Origin: Pseudovirgaria hyperparasitica
Lineage: Eukaryota
Reading direction: 5' to 3' (one strand)
Assembly: GCA_010093815.1 (NCBI GenBank)
Contig: ML996570.1
Length of the DNA stretch: 64,000 nucleotides
Shown in pieces: positions 49,272-61,390 of this stretch (position 1 is its first letter; the number at the start of each line of letters is the position of its first letter). Under the pieces are notes generated by a model that saw nothing but the letters and a program-made list of their open reading frames with translations, did not search any database and had not been told where the DNA came from. The position numbers were made by a program, and so were the translations under genes.

Positions 49272-50904
49272 TTACTCGCTAACACTGCTCTCGTCTCCAG
49301 GAGCATCATCGTCGACAACATCCACCGCTTGACCTCCCGCCTCAGCCGACCGGCCCGTCATGAGAAATGCCTTGAGGCATGTAATCCGGTGCCCAGTCTC
49401 ATAGGTCCCAACAAGCACGCCCACGCCCATGCCCACGCCCTCCTCCCCAGCCTCCTCCTCATCCCCCGGATCCTCCCCATTCGCCTCCGCAGTCTCCACC
49501 TCACCACCCCCCGAGATCTTCGCATCCAGTTCCTTCCTGCCCACGCTCCAGATTCGCACCGCGCCATCACTGCTGCCCGCGATGACCGAATAGCTCCTCG
49601 CTTCACCAGCGCTGGAGCCCGTGTCGTGGCTGATGATCTCAAAGTCCTTGATTCGTCCTGCGATGCCGGCTGCGCGCCCGCCTAGTTCCGCTACAGGGCG
49701 ACATTCCGGTAGTTTCGCGTCGTCGTCGTCGTCGTCGTTGGTGGTGTTGTTGTTGGTGTTCTTGTCGGTATCGTCTTCAGGCGCGGACACCTGCGTTGCG
49801 TAAAAGACGATTCTGCCGTCCTCCGTCGAGACGGCGAGGAGGGGTGCTGTGGTACCTGGAACATAGTGGATTTGGTGAATCTTCGTTCGCGGAGCGGGAA
49901 TGATGACGGCGCGTGGTTTGGAGTCCTGTGTGAGTGTCAGTGTGATGAACGAGAGATGGAGGAGCATGGAGGAGTATGCATACGAGTCCATATACCACCG
50001 CACCGCGCTCAAAGGAGATTGTGTACTCCTCGCCATCGGTGTCCCATGCGATTTTGCGGCCCTCGCCGCTGGAATGCTTTCCTTCGCCGACCTGTTGGAG
50101 GAGCTCGCGGCTGAAGTTCAGCACGCCGGCTTTCTTGGTGGTCAGGAGGTTCCATAGACGCATGCACTTCTCGCCTTTGCCGACGGTGATCATGAGCTTC
50201 ATGCTGGGATGCACGGCAAAGTCGTTGACGCCGGCGGGGACTTCGCCGGGGGCCAGGGTGTCTCCGCTGGGCCGGCCGACTGCTTTCGGGATGGGTGCCT
50301 TGATCGTGGACATTACTGTCCAGTCCTGCGTTCTCTGCGCGATGGCTACGGTGTTGTCTTCTGATGCGGATAGAAGCTTTGACTTGGTGGGGAAGTAGAG
50401 AGCCGTGATACTGGAGGAATGGTGGAGAAGCGATCCGAGCTCGCGATTCTTCGGGTTCTCAGCAGTCGAGATGCCGGAGAGGGAGGGTAATGACGGTCCG
50501 TCCTGAGGCGCTGGAGGCGAGGTAGATAGCTGGTAGAGGTTGATCCGTTCGTCAGTACTTCCACTGGCCAGAATGACTTTGGAATCGTCGGAGCCAAATG
50601 GCGGTGATATGGCGAGACATCGGACAGATGAGGTGTGAGCATTGAAGAGAAACGTGTCTAGAAAGTTGGCCTGTGGTTCGGAGCTGTTTTTCTTGGGTGT
50701 GGTTGGTATCGAAGCGGTAAAGCCATGCAGAGCGCGCTCATATGATCCAAGCACGATTTGTATGGAAGCAGTTTCTTGTGATGACGAGGAGGCATTAGGA
50801 TCAACATGCTCTGCAGCTGATGGTATTGGTGCTTTCAGAACACCATTCTTCTTGATTGACTTGACTGGAGGCTCCTTGACAGCCTCTCGTTTTCGTTTGG
50901 CCAT
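49272..50904 (-). CDS. MAK11: WD40 60S-biogenesis factor Mak11/Skb15 (PAK1IP1); intron 49926-49983
   Basis: IQIVLGSYERALHG, FLFNAHTSSVRCLA, LASGSTDERINLY, VNDFAVHPSMKLMITVGK..CMRLWNL, GRIKDF and YETGHRITCL. Confidence 0.9.
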
Positions 50905-51326
50905 GGGTGAATCTTCAGCTGGTTGTGTAAAGGGAAATCAATGTCCGCTCCAGACACACGCACACAATACTACTGTACCTCTGAATGCTGAAAGTGAGTG
51001 TAGCCTGTAGTCGTATTGTGGTGCGTACCGCGTTGAGTTGCGTGACAGCAAAGTGAATATCAGAAAGTCTGTAGCTATTAGCACCTGGGCAACTTTTTTT
51101 CTGAATGCACTAGGCTACATTGGGACGGAATAGCTGATGATCACGCTAGAATGGAATCGGCTAGCGTACAAACGCGAATAAGCGCGTCGCGGATGCGGGT
51201 GGAGTTGGAGCTGAAAACGCTGGAACCGGCCGGTGAGAAAGGAGAGTCACGTGGTTGATGCCTTACTTGGAAATGTTTGCCTTGACAATCAGTTGATTAA
51301 TTAGCGGGCTATTGGGCTACCACCAA

Positions 51327-51424
51327 TACCGCTCACTAGTGACCGGTTTATCGCTTGTCACAGTACCGCTGATACCGCTGTCTATTAACTCCACGGTAGC
51401 AGCCATACCGCTACCGCTATCGCT
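51327..51424 (+). promoter_or_regulatory. Cluster of seven TAYCGCT heptamers in the MAK11/EAF1 divergent intergenic region
   Basis: Copies at 51327, 51349, 51364, 51373, 51406, 51412 and 51418. Function unknown. Confidence 0.4.
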
Positions 51425-51679
51425 CATACCAGCTACCACTAAACCCCCCCCCGAGAGCGCCTCAGCTAATATTATTATTACTGACTGTTACTGCTAACTG
51501 CAATCCTGGAACTCGCATACTCTGGTGCTGCGATCCGTACTGAGCTTCATCTTTTGCAACCGCGTTTTCATCATCCAGCCATCAACACTCCACCCACGCT
51601 CTATAAATCTGCTCTCGCTCATCGCTCACTTCGCCGTCTGACCGAATGACGGATGTGTTCAGAGTGGTGAGCTTCTCAT

Positions 51680-54600
51680 ATGTTACTAGAACGAAGTCGC
51701 GATGAACTATCCAGGGCGAGGAAAAGCCAGATAGCGTGAGTAGCTCGTCTGTTATTCCCATTCCGCGCATCGTTCGAATGCGCTTGACGATGCGAAAACA
51801 AAAAATCGCTCAGAATTGTTTGTTTCGTTGTGTTGGTGCTGATATTCCATGCAGACATGTGGAAGCTTGGAGGCACGGCAAGCTGCGCGAGTTCTACGAC
51901 GTCTTTACGGCCGTCTCTGAAGCGCGGGACCCGCTAGAATCGCCGCACTCCAACCTCAACGCGCCGCTCCCCCAACCTGGCGACGACGAGTCACGTTTTC
52001 TCGACTCTGTCGATATCAACAAGTATGTCTGTTCATTGCAAAGCATGATGCTTTTGTTTGAACACGTCCGCAATCCTGTTTGGGTAAGTGTCTGTACTAA
52101 TTCATGCATAGAGGTCGAATCTTCAATGAAAACTTATACAACTACCCGTTGTTGTCTGTCCTACAATCCGCAGAAGCTCGCAAACTTCCCCGTGCGACCG
52201 ACTCTGATTCATTGCCTCATGAGATAGATTCCAACAGTAAAGCCGTCGCCGTCGATCCAGTTGCGCCATTTACCAAGTCTGGATCCTCTCTTCCAGCTGC
52301 ATCTCTTACACGACCCGTATCCCCGACTACCAACCCAAATGCAGCTTCCAAAGGTCCTTCGAGCAAGGAAATCTTACCTGTCAGTGAACCAACTCAGGAC
52401 TCTTCTGTGCGCCCAGATGCGACTGTTGAGGCCTCTCGTGATCATGTTGAGCAAGCCAGCACCCAGAGAGCAGACCCTCCAACGCTTCAGCAGGAGCCTG
52501 CAAGCGAATCAGAAATCGTGCGTCCTATCGCAGCTGCTCAAGACGATAGAGTGCGAGACAGTCTTCAAATACCAACCCAACCTTGCGAGAAGGATCGCAA
52601 GGACGATGACCGTCATGTCTTGCTAGCAACGAATCATGCCGACCTGGCATCTTCTCCGTCCTCGACGGTAGGTCCTTATTCCACCCATACGCCTCGTCCT
52701 GCCCAGCAATCGCCGGATACCAGTCCCGAGCAAGAGTCTTTCAGCGCAGACAGCCATGCAATACTTCACCAAACGTCGAATCACGCCCCACAGAAGGATC
52801 TACCACCAGAAGAGCCTTTGTCCTTGCTCCCATCAAAAGAACACCAGCAAGTTCTTCACTCATCTGCACCATTGACACCCTCGGACCAGCAACACCCTCA
52901 TGGCGAGCAATTTGGAGGTACAGAAGCCGTGGACGATCAGCCACAGTCAGGGAAGCCTGGCCAGTGTTTACCATCGGCGCACCGGAGCACGGATATAGGC
53001 TTCGAAATCAGGAAACAACCCACTCCGCCGCCAGATCTCGATATGCCAGACGCGACTAACTCCGTTGTTACGAAGGACCTCGATCGACTGAATGGAATAA
53101 TACCAGTACCAGTCGTATCACAAGCGCAACCCCAAGAACCTGCGAATGGCCAGGTTGCCCTCACTCCGGACTCTGGTGCTCTAGCTCCGCTGAATCCTAC
53201 AAATTCACGGAAACGGAAATGTGATCCAGAACATCAACCATCGAAGCCGCAGAAGAGGCGACAGTCTATGGTCATCTTCCCTCGTAAAGATGCGGATCAT
53301 TACGAGAACATGACGCAAATGTACAGTGACGACTATGCCTCTTTGAAAGGGGCCTCGCTGGACGACGGAAAAGACTATCTGCATGGCCTGTTCACACATC
53401 AAGCTCACATGGCACCAAGATCCACACCGCTTGAACAACTTGTGTACAAAGCAAATAAGTCGGTGACCACCTCCAACTTTTCTGCAGTCAACCGCGATAC
53501 CCAGGACTACAAGATTCTCAAGAGGGTATACCAGCTTCAAAATGCCAACAAATGGTCGTTACGTCAGATGGAGAAGCCACCTGAGCCAGCGCGCCCTATC
53601 ACGCATGATGACTTTCTCCTTGCTCAAATGATGTGGATGCGCACTGACTTCAGGGAGGAGCGTAAATGGAAGCAAGCCACAGCGAGAGCCTTAGCTACAT
53701 GGTGTGCTCACTTTGTCGCAAGTACCGATGAGCAACGCGCTTCATTGCAGGTCAAGCTGTCGTCCAGGGCGAGAGGTAATATGGCACGTGAGATGGATCA
53801 AGATCCGATGGCAGATGCGCCAACTCCCGACCTGGTTGCCTCGAGAGGTCCTGAGTCTCTGGGCGATGATGACAGACCAATGACGCCGGATTCGTACGTC
53901 AATCCAGCGATGCTATTCGACCTGGGATTCGACAATGTCGTGCTACACATGAAGGAAACTCCCGCAAATGAACGCCTCCTCCGCGAAATACCCGAATACG
54001 ATCATATGGCAATACTCCATCAGGTAGAGTATGGTCCAGTAGAACCTACGATCCTAGCCGTCTCCAAGTACGTCACAGGAAAGATCATCAGCAGATCCCA
54101 TGGCCCTCCACGTAAACGAAGTCGCTATGAGTACGAGCAAGAGGACAACATTAGTGACTATCCGAGTAAACGACCCACACCGGAGCACTCAAGACCCTCG
54201 ACACCGGGACGACGACTGCACCGGGACGACCTGGCGCCAGAGAAGACGGATGTGGCGCTGTTCAACTACGAGAACAAACATGTGCGAGACCGCGTACACT
54301 CAAATTCCGTCTTCCGACCACCATCAGAATTTCCTATGCCCACGGTGCCTTTCCTGGCGTCGCGCACACCTTCGCAGTGGCACTGGGATGAAGATCAGAA
54401 GCTGCGTTCTCTGGTGAAGGAGTATCAATTCAATTGGTCTTTGGTGAGCTCCGAGTTATCAATCCCATCACTCTTCACATCTGGCACGGAACGGCGAACC
54501 CCGTGGGAATGTTTCGAGCGTTGGCAACAGTTAGACGGCCTACCGACTGAGATGTCTAGAACGCAGTACTTCCGTACTTGGGCATCACGACAAGAAGAAG

Positions 54601-56032
54601 CTCAGCGCATCAACAGCAATACTCTCCAGCTGCAACAGGCGCAACTACAACAACAAGGCCAACCTGCACCTACTTTGACGCCACGACGGCGCATCCAACC
54701 TTTCAGAGTTGAGCGAAGAAAGGAGAACAGGCACATTTCAATGGTCGATGCGATGAGGAAGCTTGCACGAAAACGCGAATCTATAGCACACAAAGCAGCC
54801 GAGGCTGCCAAAGCCGCTGCGATGAGAAAGGCACACGAGCCTCAGCCACCCAAGACAACTGTCCACACCCCGGCGGAATTCAGTCGGTTGAAGCATGAAC
54901 GCGAAATACAGGCAGAGAAGCGAGAGCAAATGAGGCTAGCCCAGCAGCAAGCGATGATGATGCAACGTGTAAGTTTCCTTACTGTTTCGTACTTGGGCCG
55001 AACTTCACTGACTTCTCCCAGCAACAGGCTAACCTCAACGCCGCTCGCGCAGCTCAAGGCAACGCAAACGCTCAAATGCGGGTGGCCGCCACCCTGGCCA
55101 ATGCAAATGGGGCGTCCAACACTAACGCTGGCCCCACTTCGCAAATCGCTAACGCCGCTTCAATGCAAAATCGTCCCCAGGGAGGTCAACAAGCTGTCAT
55201 GCAGGGTAATATGGCCAATGGATCGAACACGGCCGGTATGAATATGAGCTTGAACGGCATGCCCCAGGCTCAAATGCAAATGCCGTCGCACCAAAGAATG
55301 CCCAATCAGGAGCACCTTCGTCAACACATGCCACATCGTCAATTCAGCACCACTCAGCAGCAACAGTACCAGATGCAACAGCAACAGGCACAGGCGCAGG
55401 CGCAGCAACAGCAGCTTAACAATCCCAACAATCTTGCGAGTGCGCATCGCGCCGGAACGAACATGGCTCTTCAGAACACACCAAACATGGTGGCCAACAT
55501 CGCTACCATGACATCTAAACAGGGTAACGTCAATGGGGCCGCAAGCGCCAATGGCAATGCTTCTATGGCCGGTATTGCGAGAATGTCCGGGTCTCCACAG
55601 ATGGCTCCACAGGTCAACGGAGGCCGTCCTCTGTCAAGTGGAAATGTACCAGTGATTCAGCAGGTGACGAATCGCCTTCGCCAGGCTCATCCGGACTGGA
55701 CAGCGGAGCAAATACATTCGAAGGCAAACGAGGAGCTTACATCTCGCCTTCGACAACAGCAACAATTCCAACGACAACAGGCCGTGCATGCTGCCGCGGG
55801 CAACAATGCGTATCAAAGCCCTGGAACGATGAGCAACGGAACGATGATGGGAAGCGCCTCACCGTCGAATGCCCAGCAGTTTAATCAACAGGCCTACATC
55901 CAGAACATGATTCGGAACAACGCGAACGGCCAGTCACAGACTCAAGGGAGCAGCCCGAGCATGGGTGCTGTCAATCCTGTGAGCCGTAGCGCGACACCGC
56001 AGAACCCTCAACAGCAGCAACAACAACAACAA

Positions 56033-56068
<36 letters not shown>

Positions 56069-56116
56069 ATACAGCAGAGCCCTGGAATGCAGCACGCTCA
56101 GATGGCTCGCCAGTAG
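51680..56116 (+). CDS. EAF1: NuA4 scaffold Eaf1/Vid21 (HSA + SANT/Myb); 4 exons, start approximate
   Basis: KILKRVYQLQNANKWSLRQ, HSA domain (HDDFLLAQMMWMRTDFREERKWK), SANT domain (WHWDEDQKLRSLVKEYQFNWSLVS...RRTPWECFERW), MRKLARKRE, HTPAEFSRLKHERE and a Q/N-rich tail. Introns at 51736-51854, 52023-52111 and ~54969-55027. Confidence 0.92.
56009..56068 (+). repeat. CAA/CAG poly-Gln tract in EAF1
   Basis: About 20 consecutive Gln codons. Confidence 0.9.
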
Positions 56117-56369
56117 AGGCGCATTTTGTACATATATCGACACGGTTGGTTTCATTTGCGGTCACACACACAAACACACACACATGATTGTTCTGTTCGG
56201 CATAAGACAGTTCTGGGATTAGCGAGATTCTTATTATGCTCTCGGGAGCAGCTGTAGTATGAGCACGGTACGGCGTCTGGAGAGGTTATTTTTTTTTAAA
56301 GTTGGTATTGATTCGTAGAGGCACAGAGCCTGTACAGGTTGTGAAGCGACGACCTGGCCTTGGTCGTCG

Positions 56370-56405
<36 letters not shown>
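56370..56405. repeat. (TTG)12 microsatellite
   Basis: Direct reading; lies between the convergent EAF1 and ADE8 genes. Confidence 0.9.
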
Positions 56406-56406
<1 letters not shown>

Positions 56407-56632
56407 CGTCGTCGGCGTCGGCGTCATCGACATGGGAAAGACGATATTTGAGGGAGCCCCGTGTTAGGATAGAGCGCAGCATTGTTGAATGCAAGATTAC
56501 GAGGAAGAAGCCTTTGAAGCAATATTCTAGATCTTCCTCCATCTACACAACTGCCTTTGGTTCTTCTCTGTGCTCCCCTCTCATGTGACAAATCTACCAT
56601 CTATCTCTCCTTATCTCCGCACTGCACCCCAA

Positions 56633-57457
56633 TCACACCTCCTCCCTCTCCCTCTCCCCCTTCCCTTCTCCTTCCCCCCTCCCCCTCCGCGCCCAAAACT
56701 CCCTCACCGCAACCGCCGTCCCCTCAACAATAACCCCCCACTCAACCGCATGCACCCTCTCCTCCACCCTCTCCAAGCCCCCCTCCCCCCGCTCATCCCC
56801 ATCCCCCTCCACAAACCCAACCTCCCTAACCACCAACGGCAGCCCCATATCCACCTCCCGCACAACCCGATGCACCATCACCCCCGTCCTGTCCACTTTC
56901 CCCGCCCGCCAATCCGCATACGCCCGCGCAATCGCGTTCGCGCCGTTATACGCGCCTGGCAGCGCAGGGTGCAGGTTTATGACGTCTATGCCGGCGGCGG
57001 CGATGGGGTCGAGGAAGGAGGGGGTGAGGACGTGCATCCAGCCTGCGCAGATTATGAGGTGGGGTTTTGTTGCTGGTGGGGTGGGGGGGTGCAGGAGGAG
57101 GTGGGCGAGGTCGGCGTCGTAGGCTGCGCGGGCGGAGGCTTTTGCGGCTTCGATTTGGGTTGTTTTTTCGGGGTCTGTGGGTGTGGTGTCGTCGTTGGGT
57201 TTGGGAGTTGGGATGGCGGCGAGGTGTTTGCGGGTGTAGGGGACGAGGTTGTGGTATGTTGTTGGGATGCCGGCGGTTTGGGCGCGGACGAGGCCGTATG
57301 CGGCTTTGCGGTTGGAGACGACGTGGGTGATTGTGCAGTTTGAGAGGACGGAGGAGGGGGATGCGCAGGCGTCGATGAGGGCTTGGAGGTTTGTGCCGTT
57401 GCCGGAGATGAGGACTGTGAGGAGGGTTTTGGGGGTTGTTGGGGTGGAGGTGGACAT
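56633..57457 (-). CDS. ADE8: Phosphoribosylglycinamide formyltransferase
   Basis: VLISGNGTNLQALID, VVSNRKAAYGL, ICAGWMHVL, catalytic INLHPALPG, TGVMVHRV..EVDMG and EERVHAVEW. Confidence 0.95.
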   Translation of the reverse strand: MSTSTPTTPKTLLTVLISGNGTNLQALIDACASPSSVLSNCTITHVVSNRKAAYGLVRAQTAGIPTTYHNLVPYTRKHLAAIPTPKPNDDTTPTDPEKTTQIEAAKASARAAYDADLAHLLLHPPTPPATKPHLIICAGWMHVLTPSFLDPIAAAGIDVINLHPALPGAYNGANAIARAYADWRAGKVDRTGVMVHRVVREVDMGLPLVVREVGFVEGDGDERGEGGLERVEERVHAVEWGVIVEGTAVAVREFWARRGRGEGEGKGEREREEV

Positions 57458-57772
57458 TGGGATTGGATTTTTGCGAGGGGGATGTGCGGAGGATTGCAGA
57501 GTTGAGTGAGAGATTGATGTGTGTGTGAGAATCGATTGTGCCTTTTCTGGTTTTGTGTTTGTGAAAAGTGGTGGTAGTGGTCAGAGGTTTGGGTTTTTTT
57601 TCATGCGTCGCGAAAAGTCGCGATACTTGGGCAAGCTGCCCCACTGTGGGGTAAATTCACGCAGCTCGAGCTTTGAGTCTACGAGGTACTTGGGCAGACA
57701 GTGAGTATTCAGGTCGTGTCTATTAATTATGCGTACCGTCCTGTCTCTAAAATCTATATCACGCATGTACAT

Positions 57773-59168
57773 TCAATCGCTGTCGTACTTGTTGGTATCA
57801 TAATCGCCCAAAAGGATATCGTCTGGTGCAGGGCCGCGATTGTTTCGCACTATATCTCTGTTAGCCACTGCTCGTGCAACCCGTTCTCTGCTCACTTACC
57901 CCATTCCGTCTCAACTCTGAAGAATATCCACACCCATCGCCTGAAGACTTCCAAGGCTTCCATCAAGAATATGCCGCCTTCTAAGTCGTTAAAGTGATCC
58001 AGATGCGGACTGAGCTTGAAACTCCATGTACATCGCAGCATAAGGTCCATGATAATCACACTGTAATACAGCTCTTTCGCATAAAAGTATCGATGGCGTC
58101 GCAACCCGAATGGATGTTCCGGGTTGTCGCGCTCCTTTGAGAAAAGGGTGAGGTCCCAATCCTTGGCAACATCCCAGTAAAAGGAATAGAAAGAATTGAT
58201 AAACACGGCCAGGAGCCTAGGCAACGTCTTGTTAGTTGACAGCTCACCAAGATTGTCAAATGATCCTACCACAGCCGAAAAAGTCCTTTCTCGCTCATGT
58301 GAAAGGTTGCAGGGTCATAGCCTCTTTGCATGGCACTCAATATGATGACTGGAAACGCGGTGGAATATTTCAGCGCGTTGGCCAAATGCTGCCCTCCCCA
58401 CCCAGCGGCACCAATGCTACCTGATGGCTTATTCGCTCTTCTAACTCTCAAATACTCAATCAAACATTGTCGTAGTCGTATTAAACTCGGTATGCTGATA
58501 ATGAATGGGACGAGGAACGCGCCTCCGCAAGTTCGGTCTGGTCGGCTTGTACTGCTGCCCTTTCCACTGACAAACATGCAAAGCGCGACGAAAAGATCAC
58601 CCATAACTTTTGCGTAGCTCGTGAGCGCATCAGCCATCAGAATATCTCCAAATTTTCCATTATCTGCTTCCGCGATGCCACCTATGCTTATGCGTCGGAG
58701 GGTGAGGAGGAATCGCGACCGGCCAGATGGCGATACAGACGGAAGCGGAAGGGCAAACACAAGTATTACTACGATTAGGTATAGATTTGGAAGCAGCGAG
58801 TATTGCTCTACGAGATTGGCGTGGCCCCGCGTGAGGACCCAGAAAAGGAGGAGGGAGATGGCCAGCGGAATGCTGAGCAGGGTGGCGAGTCTATATGTTG
58901 AGACATGGTGTCGAGGCTGATGACTATGCGTTCGCGCGGGATATCGTATTAAAGATGGTACGTCCTGAAAGACAGCTTGAGTTAGCACTGTGTTCGCGAC
59001 GATGGCGGCTCACGGGAGCAAGCATACGATTTTGACGAGAGAGAGGTAGTGCAGATTGGCACCCCAGGCCCAGATGCCAAACACACTGATTATAGCGACG
59101 CGATATGGGAGAGGAAGCCACAAACTGAATGTGTCTAGGATAGGGTCGACAGCCGGATCGCCGTCCAT
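57773..59168 (-). CDS. ERD1: EXS-family membrane protein Erd1; 4 exons
   Basis: LPLPYRVA...WAWGANLHYL, FGDILMADALTSYAKV, IRLRQCL, HLANALKYSTAFP, NSFYSFYWDVAKDWDL, LRCTWSFKLS and EVFRRWVWIFFRVETEW|VRN. Confidence 0.9.
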
Positions 59169-59892
59169 ATTGATGATGGACGCAGCAGCCTTCTCCTTTC
59201 TACCAGTCTGGCCACACAGCAGGAGTCTTCGTGCTCGACATACAGCTGAGAATAGCTGATATTGTAGGTGGGATGCTTGATACCAGCCGCAACAGTGCGC
59301 AGCGGAACAATGACTCGCAAGAACCCAGAACGAAGAAATGTAAGCTTGAGATGAGAAGATGCCAGTGTATGTGGTGTATGTGCCAATGTGCCAAGCGATA
59401 CTTTTCTTTGGCGGCAACGTAACGCGCTTCCCCCTGGCCTGGGCGCTTTGGGGGTCCAACCGCGAGATTTTCCGGCGGTGAAACGCGCTACTCAGCCCTA
59501 TGACTGCGGCTCCATCGGGGCTGTCGATCCATGCTAACGTCCCTCTCGGTTCTAGTGCGAACGAGTGTCTGTGATGATGATGCCTTAATAATGGTGACGT
59601 TTACATTCACAATCGGCGCCTCTCGCGGGCTGTTTTGCCCCAGAATCCAAACGCGGATGCAAACTTTAGTTGTCTGTGCCTGCCTTGGGGAACATGACGA
59701 CATTTTCGGAGATGATACCGACATCTTTCGTCCTGAGTGAAACTGCTGTAAACTCCCATCCCATCTCGTTTCTTCTCTCCTCCAATACCCAATCCGGATT
59801 GCAAGATACAAACTGATATTTGCATTGCTTCCCTCAGCACAGCCTTTCCCTCTCTGTTTCCTCTCAATCAATTAATCTCCTTTCTCCCAGCC

Positions 59893-60436
59893 ATGTCTCG
59901 AGCACTTTTGCGTCCACGTAACATCGCCATCGCTGTCGGTGCATCACTCGGTGCCTACTATATCACCTCCAATTACAATCCTGCTCGCACAGCCGGTGTA
60001 AAGCGAATCGAAGACGCTTATACCAAAGGAGGAGGCACCCCAACGCATCTACCTGCAGTTGCTACTAAGCTTGGAGACAAGGATCACATCACACCACCTC
60101 ACGAAACCCAGGGTGGAGGCGGAGGTGCGTGAAACTGCATTTGGTCATACTTGAGCTCTGTTGACTTACCTCCGTGGAGGCTCAGGCGTTTCATCCAAGA
60201 ACTTCAAAGAGAACCTGGCAGACCAAAAGACAGCTCCTGTATGTCATCCTCACAGACATGATACCCCAAAACACGAACAGTCGTCTCTGGGTGCTGTGAC
60301 TGACATGAATACACAGCAATCTGCGGCGTCGAAGAAGTTTCACGAAGCGATGTATGGTAAGGCAACCGTTCTCCTCTTCTCATTCAATGGAGTCCATGTC
60401 TAATGCACCACTCCAGGTCAGGATAAAGGCAAATGA
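59893..60436 (+). CDS. Small 4-exon protein of unknown function (~116 aa) with an N-terminal basic + hydrophobic segment
   Basis: Exons 59893-60124, 60180-60238, 60317-60356 and 60417-60436 splice in frame (351 nt) through GT-AG introns with branch sites. The product ends ...SKKFHEAMYGQDKGK*. Confidence 0.75.
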
Positions 60437-61390
60437 TCTGGTCAATTGGTAGAGCAATCAAACGTGGTGTCCATCGTCTGTCTCGGAGTCTGAATGCATA
60501 AAGCGGCGTCGTTGATTTACAAACCAAAAGAGTTACACGTACACGCATAATACATAATAGAATTCGACTACTTACACCTTGAATACCAAAGAGCTCCGTG
60601 TATGAGCATGCGATCGTCAAAGCGGACCTACAACCTGTCATGTCTCTTGAGCTAAATCCTTCAAAGTCAGTTCTGTATGGCCGACCATTGCCTACTCGAC
60701 ATTCTACCAGGAAACGCGATGTTGCTTCATGTACCTCCGTAGCCTTTACTTCCTTCCCAGTCAGAGGTTCCATTCTAAGTCTCTCCATACTAGAAGAGCG
60801 TGTCGATGTTGTAATGGATCTTTACATCACGTAGATGATCTGACTGGAAGAGACGGGACTAGCCAGAGAACATGTCGCTTGTAAACATTTGATTACGATT
60901 CGCTGTTGACATCCAAGTAGAACATCCGATGAGTACAGGGCGAACTCCTGAAGAGCGTATGGATTGATACATTGTAGCCTACAACGAGATGTATTGACAA
61001 AGATGACACGCCAGAGAGTTTGGTAGAAGAAAAGGGTTAGTATTGACTCGGCCCGACCTCGCTTGAGGGCTCTTGGTCCCTCTTTAGGCCTTCAAAGGAG
61101 ATATCGAGCATCAAGTGTCTGTTGGTACAGGATGAAGCTGAGCACTAGAAATTGACTTAGTATCTGCAGCTCTAGGTCTAGCCCGTAGTCATACCATCAG
61201 TCTGCTACAAATTGTAGGGTGAAGACAAGTTTGATATTTGCCTGGATCGGTTGCCGTCGCGGTTGCCGCCGGCCGAGTGCTAGCTTTTACGGCTGCCAAG
61301 CCGTTTCCATACCTCGCCCGTTTAACGCTGCGCAATCTTCCCTCTTCTCCTGCACCAACGATCACCGTATCCTCTTCACTACGGCCCAAG

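Noticed and set aside
56570..57644. 257-aa and 232-aa ORFs overlapping ADE8
   Set aside because: Pro/Gly/Arg-rich shadow frames of a skewed gene.
59169..59459. Open in-frame extension upstream of the ERD1 ATG
   Set aside because: Starts at TTG and is not protein-like; probably chance. The same applies to the upstream in-frame ATG at 47296 before the P450.
59570..59740. TGATGA...CTGA as a possible C/D snoRNA
   Set aside because: Long spacing, with no terminal stem or rRNA guide that I could identify.
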